This document shows, piece after piece, positions 49,872 to 59,433 of a DNA stretch of 64,000 bases (positions within the stretch are counted from its first letter, which is position 1; each line of letters begins with the position of its first letter). The stretch comes from a bacterium. GTDB taxonomy: Bacteria > Patescibacteriota > Microgenomatia > Levybacterales > UBA12049. The translations under genes were made by a program, and so were the position numbers. The DNA lies in NCBI GenBank assembly GCA_021777565.1, contig JAJYDJ010000002.1, forward strand, positions 69,082-133,081. Reading direction: 5' to 3'. The notes below the pieces were generated by a model. The model saw nothing but the letters and a program-made list of their open reading frames with translations. It was not told the origin of the DNA and searched no databases.

Positions 49872-51464
49872 TTATGTTCGTTTAAAAATAAAAACTACTG
49901 GTCTGTCAAACACGGTTGCCGTTTCTTCAAACCACAAAGGATCTCCCCAGTAGGTAAGCTTGCACAACAGGTCACAAGGAGTTTGATACACCAGGGTGAA
50001 AGCTCCGCTCGTTTCAAATAAGCTTTGATAAAGAGGAGATGTAACTGGGAAAAGCTGAGGACTTGAAAGTCGTGCCTTCATGATGCGCTGGCTTGGAAGA
50101 ATAAATACATCAGCGTTTTGAAATACACTTTTTACTTTTGCAGCTGCTGTCTGGTCTGTGTCAGCGCCATACATGTCAGGGAGTTGGATATGTGGGAAAT
50201 ACACATTAAAAGGGATAATACCTAGGTCATATGGCTCTCCCATGACGATGTTAGGATTTAAGAGATGTGTATTGGCCCATGCTGCGGCACTCACTCGTGT
50301 GTCTGGAGAGAAAAACACGGTTTTTGTATAAGCAACTGACCAAAGCATGCTCCCTGCAAGAAGAGAGAAGAGGCAGACACGCATGAGTATTTTGTGTGAA
50401 GTTGCTGACAGTGTCTGCATACACCAGGCAATAAGAAGATACATAAATGGAAGTAGTGGCATCATATACCTGGTCCATTTCACAAAAAGAAACGCATTAC
50501 TGAAAAATAAAAAGAAAATAAAACTCACAAGAAGGAGGAGACGATAGTCTGCTTTTCTCGTGCGCAGTGACCAAAAGAGGACATAAAAGAGAGAGAAAAT
50601 GCCAGCAGCATATCCAACTGGATTTAAAAGGAAGGGAAGCACATGCATGAGCTGGTAAATGCCAGGGGTGGTTTGAAGAAATCCTTGGGTGTAAAAAACA
50701 GGGAGTGTGCCTAACGCAACAGAAGACTCATAGTGAATTGAGTCAAGAAATTCCTTCGTGTCCAGAAGAACAAAAGGATTGGTAAGCGCATAGATCCCTC
50801 CACTAATGAGCAAAGTAAGAAAAAAGTGTAAGAGATGTTCTTGTTTGGGGGATGTGAAATAGCGGACTAAAAAAAGAAGGAATGGGAAGAGTAAAAAGGG
50901 CAGATATGAAACTTTTGTCCCAACCAATAATCCAAGCAGTACGGCCATCCAAAAGGTATGTTGCGCTGAGTTCTTTTTGATGCACCCAGCAAAAAAATAA
51001 AAAAACCACACCATAAGAAAGCACTGCCACATCTCAAACGTGCCGAAGTGAGCAAACTGTATGGCGCCGATACTAAATGTCCAAAGGGTAGCAGCAATAC
51101 GTGCTGCAGATATCCCCCAAAACTTCTTGCTTATAATATAAAGACTTATTAGTGTACCAATACTCAAGAGCGCTGAGATGGTTCTGAGCATAAAGAGTGC
51201 TTGGTCAAACGTAAGAGATGTCTCACGGAACTTTGCAATGGCGAGACCCAGAAAAAAAGTTATATACATTGGCATTGACCCATAGGCAAAAAAATGAGGA
51301 TTTAATTGGGTCGGGAAATTAAGCTGAGTGATACTATAAATGATATTCCTCTCGTCTGGATGAAAGAAAAAAGGTGCCCCCCATAATAAATTTACAAATG
51401 AAAGAAATGCGCAGACAATAACTAAGAGTATTATTATTTTAGAGGGCATGCTCACATGGATCAT
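49872..51464 (-). CDS. GT-C glycosyltransferase (paralog of 48163..49866)
   Basis: 'FHPDER', 'NPHFFAYGSMP', 'QFAHFGTFE', 'TRYMMPLLP', 'EETATVFDRP'. Confidence 0.85.
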   Translation of the reverse strand: MIHVSMPSKIIILLVIVCAFLSFVNLLWGAPFFFHPDERNIIYSITQLNFPTQLNPHFFAYGSMPMYITFFLGLAIAKFRETSLTFDQALFMLRTISALLSIGTLISLYIISKKFWGISAARIAATLWTFSIGAIQFAHFGTFEMWQCFLMVWFFYFFAGCIKKNSAQHTFWMAVLLGLLVGTKVSYLPFLLFPFLLFLVRYFTSPKQEHLLHFFLTLLISGGIYALTNPFVLLDTKEFLDSIHYESSVALGTLPVFYTQGFLQTTPGIYQLMHVLPFLLNPVGYAAGIFSLFYVLFWSLRTRKADYRLLLLVSFIFFLFFSNAFLFVKWTRYMMPLLPFMYLLIAWCMQTLSATSHKILMRVCLFSLLAGSMLWSVAYTKTVFFSPDTRVSAAAWANTHLLNPNIVMGEPYDLGIIPFNVYFPHIQLPDMYGADTDQTAAAKVKSVFQNADVFILPSQRIMKARLSSPQLFPVTSPLYQSLFETSGAFTLVYQTPCDLLCKLTYWGDPLWFEETATVFDRPVVFIFKRT

Positions 51465-51510
51465 ATTATCTTCTATTGTACAATGTTACGCACAACAATT
51501 GAACAAAGAG

Positions 51511-52773
51511 TTATGAAGCACTTACCAACCCAGCGACCTTCTCCCCTAACTCAACAGCATAGTTAGTCCCACGATCCCATGGATATACTTGTTGCATGTT
51601 TGCAAGATAGACATGGTTGATTGGGGTTGGCAGTGGAGGAATTTGTTCTGAGTAGTGAACAGGGATGATAGGTTGTGCGAAAGGTACGGCATATGTTTTT
51701 ACGTCTATAACATTCTTCTCATACCCTGGATGAATTTTTTGGAGATATGGATCAAACTCTTTCATAAGCGCTTTCTCGGAGAGCGAGAAGTAAGGATGAT
51801 CTTTGGCAAGATAATTGCCAAGATAGACAATCGTTTCATTATTGTAGTGGCTCTTCCCCATAAAGTGGGTATGTTCAACAATTGCAAGAAGTGGGGCCTT
51901 ACTGTCACATACATTAAGCCAATAGATGTTATCAGGTAGAAAATCTTTCTTCATGCGCACAATTGCGACCAGTGCTCCCAAGGACTCAAGATTTTGCAGT
52001 TTTTTAACATATTGTGATGGCAGTTGTGGTGCCATTTTGGCAAAGACACCAGAAGGGAGTGTCACAATAACACGATCAAAAACTCCTTCTTTACCAACGG
52101 TTACTTTCCCGGCTTTCTCGGTAATGGAATCAACTGTCGTGTTGTACACAATCGTTCCTCCCTTTTGTTTAATCGTGTCAGCGAGTTTCTCGGCAAACGC
52201 TAAAAATCCGCCTTCAGGATAGGCAAGTGAGGTGGTCCTTTTTGTTACACGTGCCCAAAACCAAGCAAGAGAGATTTTGGGGACAAAAGAACGAAACTTA
52301 CCTATCAGAAGTGGTTCCCAAATCATTTTATATGCTCTTTCTCCCATGGTCATTGAAAGATATGATGCTGCTGTCACACTCTCTAGTGGTTTCCAAAATG
52401 GATTGTATCGAAGAAGGGCAAGAGAAATACCCATGCGCAGCCTGTCAAGGAGAGGGAGTTTGTTAAATGTGAGAAGCGTTAACGGGGAGTCGAGTTGCTG
52501 CATAGTGCCATTGATATATGAGGATGTATTTGGCCTTTTGATAAGAACTGGTGCACCAATCTCGTGTGCCAAATTGATAACGGCAGCATCGTTGGTGAAC
52601 CAGTGGTGATAAAAGTACTCTAACGTCCAATCCCATTCTTTCTCTTTATATCCAAGCGCAAGGCCACCAGGAGCACTGTCACGCTCAAAGATGGTAACAT
52701 TGTGTCCTTCTTGCAAGAGCTTATATGCAGCGCTTAGTCCTGTGAATCCTGCTCCGATAATGGCGATTTTCAT
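51511..52773 (-). CDS. FAD-dependent oxidoreductase (amine oxidase/HemY-like superfamily)
   Basis: 'IIGAGFTGLSAA', 'PGGLA', 'FYHHWF', 'YPWDRGTNYAV'. Confidence 0.85.
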   Translation of the reverse strand: MKIAIIGAGFTGLSAAYKLLQEGHNVTIFERDSAPGGLALGYKEKEWDWTLEYFYHHWFTNDAAVINLAHEIGAPVLIKRPNTSSYINGTMQQLDSPLTLLTFNKLPLLDRLRMGISLALLRYNPFWKPLESVTAASYLSMTMGERAYKMIWEPLLIGKFRSFVPKISLAWFWARVTKRTTSLAYPEGGFLAFAEKLADTIKQKGGTIVYNTTVDSITEKAGKVTVGKEGVFDRVIVTLPSGVFAKMAPQLPSQYVKKLQNLESLGALVAIVRMKKDFLPDNIYWLNVCDSKAPLLAIVEHTHFMGKSHYNNETIVYLGNYLAKDHPYFSLSEKALMKEFDPYLQKIHPGYEKNVIDVKTYAVPFAQPIIPVHYSEQIPPLPTPINHVYLANMQQVYPWDRGTNYAVELGEKVAGLVSAS

Positions 52774-52778
52774 ACTCC

Positions 52779-54149
52779 TTATAATACTGAAAACATGAAG
52801 AGTAAGCTACCAGTAATTACGACACCTACGCCAATAAGCCCAACCATGAATGTGTTTTCTGGCCCCGTGCTTGGAAGTCCTGTCGGCTTGAGTGTTGGAC
52901 TGGTACTGCGAGTTGGGCTAAGAACAATAGTTGGGGAGGTCGATGCGGCAGGTGTCGTCGTTATCGCTGCTGTTGGTACAGGCGTATCGGTTGGGGTAAG
53001 TGATGGAGCCAGGGTTGCAGACGGCGTTGCTGTTTGGTTTACCTGTGTCCCTGCGGCATACACGGTAAAGTGATTGGTGATGGCACGAATAATCCCCGAG
53101 GCATCTTTCGTAGTTATGGTAATTGTGTGGTCCCCAGGGGTAAGTTGTTGATTTGGTCGATAGCTCCAGTTTCCAAGAGCATCTGCTGAGACGGATGCAG
53201 AAATTGCTTGATCAGAGTGAATCTCAATTTGCACTGATGAGTTTGGGAGAGCAGTCCCTTTAAAGACTGGTTGTTGATCTGTATAGGTTGCATTCTCCTT
53301 AGGAGAGGTGATTTGCACGGTTATATTTGTATCGATATTGGTGACAAATTGTGGGAACTTCGCTGCAAACGCACTTGCGGCACTTGATGCAACTGGCTCA
53401 ACACTCGTTGTGAAATCATAGTTATTCCCAAGAGTTATTTGTGGGACAACGGCATTGCTAAAGTTGGTGAGTACTTGAGAAGTGCTTGTTGGTCCATAAA
53501 ATTGAAGTTGTATAGCGGAATTTGATGCTAACGGTACATATTGCGTTAAGTCGCTGGAACGCAAGGTGTTCGTTGGGATTGCATAGGTTCCGGTAGTCTT
53601 GACGAGTGTTGAAAGGATTTGCCCATTTGGGCTAGACATCAGGACGTAACTATCTGTTGGTTTTGTCCCATCTGGCAGAATGAGAGTCCCTGATACTGCT
53701 GCTTGAGTGAGTGGTTGATCAGAAATGGTTGGCCCTGTCGTCGCAGTAAATGGTGAATTCTGGTTGAGGAAGGTATTCTCGCCAGAGGTGATGGAGAAGG
53801 TATAGTGTGTTAATGGTCTGAGTCCACGTGCTGTGATACTGTGTAGCTGGTAGGAGAGCGGCTTACCTGTGGCCTGATCGCGATCATCCAGTACGACGTG
53901 GGTTGCGCCTGTTTCATCTACCAAAGAAATTGTACCTATGACTGATGCTTCAGTGCGGTAGACAACCGTAAAGCTCTCGTCGGTAACGTTGGTAACTTGA
54001 AAATCATGTGGCTGGTTGCTTGGCGCAGCTCCCGAGAAAAGCTTAACTCCTGTTTGGACCAAGAATGTTGTCCCTGCAAGGCCACCAATGATCAACAGAA
54101 GTCCCAAGAATCCTGGTATTTTTTTCTCCCACGTGCTTATTGTGCTCAT
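52779..54149 (-). CDS. Surface protein with FN3-like and bacterial Ig-like domains, P/T linker and C-terminal LPSTG + TM
   Basis: N-terminal TM; 'VTNVTDESFTV...GLRPLTHYTFSI'; 'PVFKGTALPNSSV...ADALGNWSY...GDHTIT'; 'LPSTGP' followed by a hydrophobic end. Confidence 0.8.
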   Translation of the reverse strand: MSTISTWEKKIPGFLGLLLIIGGLAGTTFLVQTGVKLFSGAAPSNQPHDFQVTNVTDESFTVVYRTEASVIGTISLVDETGATHVVLDDRDQATGKPLSYQLHSITARGLRPLTHYTFSITSGENTFLNQNSPFTATTGPTISDQPLTQAAVSGTLILPDGTKPTDSYVLMSSPNGQILSTLVKTTGTYAIPTNTLRSSDLTQYVPLASNSAIQLQFYGPTSTSQVLTNFSNAVVPQITLGNNYDFTTSVEPVASSAASAFAAKFPQFVTNIDTNITVQITSPKENATYTDQQPVFKGTALPNSSVQIEIHSDQAISASVSADALGNWSYRPNQQLTPGDHTITITTKDASGIIRAITNHFTVYAAGTQVNQTATPSATLAPSLTPTDTPVPTAAITTTPAASTSPTIVLSPTRSTSPTLKPTGLPSTGPENTFMVGLIGVGVVITGSLLFMFSVL

Positions 54150-54493
54150 TATTTTGTCCCTCCTGGCGTTGGTGTTGCGGATGAAGTTGACAGTGGTGTT
54201 GGCGTAGCAGAAACACTTGCAATAAAAACAAGTACGGGGGTTGGGGTTGGCACTGCTGTGGGTGCCGCGGCAGTAGTTGGCGCTACGAGTATTTGTATTG
54301 GTGTTACTGCGAGCCTGCTAGAAAGCGTATTCATGGTTTTGGTATCAAAAGTTCCGTTGATTGGGATAACTTGTTCATTGACTGTTTCACTAATAGTTGA
54401 TGTAGTAAGGCGTTGCATAATACTGAAAATAATCCATGCTATAACTAGTATAACGGTCGCTGCAAGGACAAAGATAAGATCATTTCGTTTCAT
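54149..54493 (-). CDS. Small membrane-anchored P/T-rich protein (in the PilP position)
   Basis: N-terminal TM and PTPTP tail; overlaps both neighbours. Confidence 0.7.
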   Translation of the reverse strand: MKRNDLIFVLAATVILVIAWIIFSIMQRLTTSTISETVNEQVIPINGTFDTKTMNTLSSRLAVTPIQILVAPTTAAAPTAVPTPTPVLVFIASVSATPTPLSTSSATPTPGGTK

Positions 54494-55104
54494 AAACTTT
54501 TTTGTGCGTACGCTCTTCCTTTTATTGTAGCGCGAAAATTCCCTTTTGGTTGTGAGGAGAAAGAAAGGCTATCGATAGTGATCACTCGAGAGAGGTTAGT
54601 CATGTCTTTCATAAAAAGAATAGTACTTGGATAGGTCCCTTCCACGTTCATGCTAAATACAAATGAGAGTGGCTTATCATTCTGAGATTGAGAGAATTCA
54701 ACTGGGAAGATTTGTAGATACGTGAGAGAGATATTATCTCTTTTTGCCAGCCCTTGTAATAGTCCGGCAACACCTAACGTATCAGGGGAGTCAGGGATTG
54801 CCTGAAGAGCGAGAGGGAGACTAGTTTGGATAGTTGGATAGGCTTTTTGGAGGGAAAAAATGGATGCGATCTTGGTATCAAGTTGCTGGCTCACTGTTTG
54901 CTCATCACTTAATTGTTTTTGCAGTTCAGCAATAGTAGATAGGGTTGGGTTAATTGCAAAAAGTCCGAAGCCAGCACATGCCACGAGGGTAAAGGCGAGT
55001 GTAGTAAATTTACCGACTCTTTCTTCACCAAATTTTGGAATAATTCTCCCAACCAGCGCACCGGCTGGGATCCTATTAAATACAGATGACGTATTTGTGC
55101 TCAT
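54490..55104 (-). CDS. pilO: Type IV pilus alignment protein PilO-like
   Basis: TM + coiled coil + 'AIPDSPD', 'VEGTYPSTILFMKDM..LSRVITID'. Confidence 0.78.
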   Translation of the reverse strand: MSTNTSSVFNRIPAGALVGRIIPKFGEERVGKFTTLAFTLVACAGFGLFAINPTLSTIAELQKQLSDEQTVSQQLDTKIASIFSLQKAYPTIQTSLPLALQAIPDSPDTLGVAGLLQGLAKRDNISLTYLQIFPVEFSQSQNDKPLSFVFSMNVEGTYPSTILFMKDMTNLSRVITIDSLSFSSQPKGNFRATIKGRAYAQKSL

Positions 55105-55652
55105 AAAATTGGTGCAATATTTTTTTGTGTAAGAGAAACAACTACGTTAACAATCCCAAGAGAGGGCTTATCGTCAATTTTATCAACACTTGTTGTCATC
55201 GTATCTGTTAAGTTACGCAGTTTATCGACAAATTGAGAGGCGCTTATCGCAGAGGTAAATTGCACATCTATACGGGTTGTCCCACCGGTCATGCTTAAGC
55301 TGTTGAGTGTAGCTGATTCCGGGATTGCCTGTAAAATTGCCTGTATTCGACTTTGCATTTGTGTATTCACTCCTTCAGCTTTTTGGATAAGCTGGAGACG
55401 GGTCTGAACATTGCGATATTTCTGCTCTTGTTGATTCATTGCAGCAACCAATGCCAATTTTTGCTTTACCTGGTCCTTGGTATCGACAATTTGTTTATCA
55501 AGGCTAAATCGATACCCAAATGCAACCAGTGCAACCAGTTCGGTTAGGACAACAAGTACTCTTCCAATAGTGACAGCCCACGCTAAGGTTTTATCAATAA
55601 GTTGGATTTTTCTTCCACGATATAAATTTACCTGGTTTTCAGGGTTTGGCAT
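55101..55652 (-). CDS. pilN: Type IV pilus alignment protein PilN-like
   Basis: N-terminal 'VNLY' (INLL-like PilM-binding motif), TM, coiled coil, 'IPESATLNSLS', 'SQFVDKLR'. Confidence 0.72.
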   Translation of the reverse strand: MPNPENQVNLYRGRKIQLIDKTLAWAVTIGRVLVVLTELVALVAFGYRFSLDKQIVDTKDQVKQKLALVAAMNQQEQKYRNVQTRLQLIQKAEGVNTQMQSRIQAILQAIPESATLNSLSMTGGTTRIDVQFTSAISASQFVDKLRNLTDTMTTSVDKIDDKPSLGIVNVVVSLTQKNIAPIL

Positions 55653-55658
55653 ATATTT

Positions 55659-55687
55659 AGTCTACGTGGTGGGAAATATATTGTCAA
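55659..55687 (-). promoter_or_regulatory. Leaderless sigma70 promoter of pilN
   Basis: Minus strand TTGACA, 17 nt, TAGACT, 6 nt, ATG. Confidence 0.75.
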
Positions 55688-55702
55688 AAGAAGAGGAGGA
55701 TA

Positions 55703-55948
55703 TTATTTACTCTTTGTCCCAAGGAGTTTTGAGATTGCAGATTTGATACGTGCTGCCTTATTCTTATGGATGAGATGACGCTTTGCTGCTTTATCTGCAG
55801 CCTTATATGCTAGAGAGACATTTTCTGGGGTTGGATGAGTTGTTGATTCTTTTAAGGCCTTTTTCAAGGTTGTCTTAATCGAACGATTTGCAACTGTTCG
55901 CTTGACATCTTTACGTAATTTTTTCTGCGCTGATTTAATGATTGGCAT
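55703..55948 (-). CDS. rpsT: 30S ribosomal protein S20
   Basis: 'MPIIKSAQKKLR...DKAAKRHLIHKNKAARIKS'. Confidence 0.96.
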   Translation of the reverse strand: MPIIKSAQKKLRKDVKRTVANRSIKTTLKKALKESTTHPTPENVSLAYKAADKAAKRHLIHKNKAARIKSAISKLLGTKSK

Positions 55949-55984
55949 AATAAGATTGTAGCATGTTATACTGTAAATCACAAT

Positions 55985-57649
55985 ATGTCTACTGCTGCAT
56001 TACTGAAAAAAGGGTTATCACTTCTTCTCAAAAGGCAGACAAATATTCTCTCTGCGGCCCTTGTTATCATGATGACCGTTGTGTTGTCTCAAGTGCTTGG
56101 ATTAGTGAGGCAAAGACTGTTAGTCGGAGAATTTGGCGCTTCCAACATCCTTGGCGTTTATCTTGCTTCCTCACGTCTGCCGGATCTCCTTTTTCAAGTA
56201 ATCATCGCCGGAGGCCTCTCATCAGCATTCATCCCAGTATTCTCTGATTTCCTTGTGGCACAGAAAAAAGAAGAGGGCTTTAAATTTGCTTCCTCTCTTC
56301 TAATATTGTTGTCACTCTCATTTATAGGTATCGCAAGTGTATTCTTTATATTCTCGCAGTTCTTTGCATCTTTGATTGCACCTGGATTCTCACATTCAGA
56401 GATAGTCCTCATGGGTGAGTTGATGCGCATTATCTTCTTTGGAGAAGTTCTGTTTATGCTTGGGTGTTTTTTTGCAGCACTCTTGCAGTCATTTGATCAC
56501 TTTCTCATCCCAGGTATCGCGGCAGCTACCTATAACTTAGGGATCATTCTTGGTATTCTCTTCTTGAGTCCGTTCTTTGGAATTTTCTCAGCTGCGTATG
56601 GTGTCCTTTTGGGTGGTGTTTTCTTTATCTTGGTACAAGTGCCACTGCTATGGCGCGTTGGGTATCGATTTTCTTTTGTTATTGATATTGGCAGTAGTGC
56701 CATAAAGAAAATATTCTCACTCATGTGGCCACGAACGATCTCTCTGGGTATTTTTCAACTGGGCAGCTTGCTGACGGTAACACTGATTTCCTTTCTTGCT
56801 GATCCAGGAAGAAAATACGTGATTTTTGACTATGCTCAAACATTGGCTTTTGCGCCTGTTGGGTTATTTGGTCAGACGATGGCCCAGGCAGCTTTCCCGG
56901 TTCTTTCTAGAGAGAGAAACAAGCCAGATGAGTTTCGCCAAACTTTTTTAACGAGTTTTTACCAGCTTTTTTATCTGGTAATGCCTTTTTCAGTGCTTTT
57001 TATCGTGCTTCGCATTCCGGTCATTAGGCTTATTTATGGAGCAGAGCAGTTTGACTGGAGTGCAACGGTGTTGACCAGTAGGCTTTTGGCTTTGTTTACT
57101 CTCGGACTTTTTGCGCAAGCGTTGACCTATCTTGTTGGTAGAGCATTTTATGCCATGTATGACACCAAAACACCACTACTCATTGGTGGACTGAGTACTA
57201 TTGTTATGCTGGTGGGTAGCTTTTTTGCTATCGTGACGTTCCATTTTGATATTCAGAGCCTTGCCCTTATTTATTCACTCGCAAGCATGCTACAGCTCTT
57301 CCTGTTGGTTTATCTATTGCAGAAAAAAACTGGAAGATTTCTTGATCTTGATTTCTTTCTCTCTGTGGGTAAGATTTTGATAGCAACACTTTGTATGGGT
57401 GTTGCATTGTATGTTCCAATCAAGCTACTTGATAAACTTGTGTTTGATACGACCCACACTATTAATTTAATTATTCTCACAGGTATCTCAAGTATTTTGG
57501 GTATGGCAATGTATTTATTCCTCACATGGCTTCTTCGAGTGAAAGAGGCAGGGATGTTCCTCATTCTCTTTAAAAAGCTTGGTAATTGGCAGTCAATCTT
57601 GTCGACCAGCGATGAGCTTTTAAGTACCCCATCCAAACAACAGAGTTAG
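55985..57649 (+). CDS. murJ: Lipid II flippase
   Basis: 'LGLVRQR', 'SRLPD', 'SSAFIPVF', 'RAFYAMYDTKTP'. Confidence 0.95.
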   Translation: MSTAALLKKGLSLLLKRQTNILSAALVIMMTVVLSQVLGLVRQRLLVGEFGASNILGVYLASSRLPDLLFQVIIAGGLSSAFIPVFSDFLVAQKKEEGFKFASSLLILLSLSFIGIASVFFIFSQFFASLIAPGFSHSEIVLMGELMRIIFFGEVLFMLGCFFAALLQSFDHFLIPGIAAATYNLGIILGILFLSPFFGIFSAAYGVLLGGVFFILVQVPLLWRVGYRFSFVIDIGSSAIKKIFSLMWPRTISLGIFQLGSLLTVTLISFLADPGRKYVIFDYAQTLAFAPVGLFGQTMAQAAFPVLSRERNKPDEFRQTFLTSFYQLFYLVMPFSVLFIVLRIPVIRLIYGAEQFDWSATVLTSRLLALFTLGLFAQALTYLVGRAFYAMYDTKTPLLIGGLSTIVMLVGSFFAIVTFHFDIQSLALIYSLASMLQLFLLVYLLQKKTGRFLDLDFFLSVGKILIATLCMGVALYVPIKLLDKLVFDTTHTINLIILTGISSILGMAMYLFLTWLLRVKEAGMFLILFKKLGNWQSILSTSDELLSTPSKQQS

Positions 57650-57693
57650 ACCTATTTGCCTACCGATACCCACTTCTCGTATACTACGGCCAT

Positions 57694-59433
57694 ATGACAT
57701 CCCAACAAACCATACGTAATTTTGCCATTATTGCCCATATTGACCATGGTAAATCGACCCTCTCAGATCGTTTTTTGGAACTGACAGGCACAATTGAGCA
57801 CGACAAACTGGTTAGGCAAGAGCAGTTTTTAGACCAAAATCCCATTTCCAGAGAACGTGGGATTACTATTAAACTGGCTCCGGTGCGCATGAAGTATCGC
57901 TATCATGAGAGTGAATACGCACTTAATCTGATTGATACGCCAGGTCACGTGGATTTTTCATACGAAGTATCTCGTACTTTGGCTGCGTGTGAAGGGGCAA
58001 TCCTATTGGTCGATGCCACGAAAGGGGTACAGGCACAAACTGTAGCCCACTTGAGAGAAGCCAGAAAACAAAATCTTGTTATTATTCCTGCTATCAACAA
58101 GATCGATGCCCCGATGGCAATGCCAGAAAAGACAGTGAAGCAACTTGAACTGCTCGGCTTTGCAAAAGAGCAGATGAGCTTTATTTCAGCTCGAACTGGT
58201 GAAGGCGTGCAGGATCTTTTAAACAGAGTAGTTGATCAGCTGCCAGCGCCAATAGGAGTAGAGCAGAACAGTCTTCGGGCACTCGTTTTTGATGCGGTGT
58301 ATGACGAGCATCGTGGTGTCATCGCCTTTGTACGTATTGTAGATGGCAGTTTAAAAACAGGGGACAGCATCCGTTTTATGCAGAGTGATGAAAGAACAAA
58401 CGTTCTGGATTGTGGTATTTTTACTCCAAGTCTTCTCACACAAGGGCAGTTGACCACCGGAGCTATTGGATATGTTGTTACTGGAATTAAAGATATTAGA
58501 AAAGCGAGGGTAGGAGATACTATCACTGTCTTTGGCCCGCAAGCAGCGAGTGAACCACTCCCTGGATATAGCACCCCGAAACCAATGGTGTTTTTTGGGA
58601 TTTATCCTCGCAGTACTGATGAATTATTGCTTCTAAGGCAATCAATTGAAAAACTTGCGCTTATGGATGCATCGATTACGTATCACGAAGAATATTCATC
58701 TTTCCTTGGGAGTGGGTTCCGTGTCGGATTTTTAGGTTTGCTGCATGCAGATATTTTCAAGCAACGTTTAGTAAGAGAGTTTCATGTAGATCCATTATTT
58801 ACGCTCCCTCAAGTGCTCTATGAAAAAAATGCAGAAGGTAATTTTGAAGAGCCATTTATGCGACTGACTATATTAGTCCCGACCGACTATGTGGGCGGTG
58901 TGATGACGGTGTGTCAGAAAAAACGTGGGGAGCTAACAGGCATGGAATATCAGGATACGAACGTGACTCTTACGTATGAGATGCCATATGCGTCCTTTCT
59001 CAAAGGATTATCACCGGACTTAAAATCAGTCTCCGCGGGATATGCGAGTATTGATTACGAAACGATTGGTTATCGAACCGCTGACCTTGTCCCACTTGAA
59101 GTGCGAGTAAACGATGTCCCTGTTGATGTATTGTCGGAGTATGCGTATCGGGATGAAGCAGAATATCTTGGGCGTGAAAAAGTAGCCAAGCTCAAAGAAG
59201 CGCTTCCTCGCCAGCAGATTAGACAAATCCTCCAGTGTGCAATTTATGGGAAAATTGTTGCGCGTGAAGATATTCCACCCTACCGTAAAGACGTGTTAGC
59301 CAAGATGAGTGGAGGAGATAGAACACGAAAAGACAAACTTTTGGAAGCGCAGAAAAAAGGCAAAAAGAAGATGCAGACAATTTCAAAGATTGATATTCCA
59401 CAGGAAGCATTATTTGGATTGTTAAATACTTAA
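57694..59433 (+). CDS. lepA: Elongation factor 4
   Basis: 'IRNFAIIAHIDHGKSTL', 'DTPGHVDF', 'GFLGLLH', 'KLLEAQKKGKKKM'. Confidence 0.97.
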   Translation: MTSQQTIRNFAIIAHIDHGKSTLSDRFLELTGTIEHDKLVRQEQFLDQNPISRERGITIKLAPVRMKYRYHESEYALNLIDTPGHVDFSYEVSRTLAACEGAILLVDATKGVQAQTVAHLREARKQNLVIIPAINKIDAPMAMPEKTVKQLELLGFAKEQMSFISARTGEGVQDLLNRVVDQLPAPIGVEQNSLRALVFDAVYDEHRGVIAFVRIVDGSLKTGDSIRFMQSDERTNVLDCGIFTPSLLTQGQLTTGAIGYVVTGIKDIRKARVGDTITVFGPQAASEPLPGYSTPKPMVFFGIYPRSTDELLLLRQSIEKLALMDASITYHEEYSSFLGSGFRVGFLGLLHADIFKQRLVREFHVDPLFTLPQVLYEKNAEGNFEEPFMRLTILVPTDYVGGVMTVCQKKRGELTGMEYQDTNVTLTYEMPYASFLKGLSPDLKSVSAGYASIDYETIGYRTADLVPLEVRVNDVPVDVLSEYAYRDEAEYLGREKVAKLKEALPRQQIRQILQCAIYGKIVAREDIPPYRKDVLAKMSGGDRTRKDKLLEAQKKGKKKMQTISKIDIPQEALFGLLNT

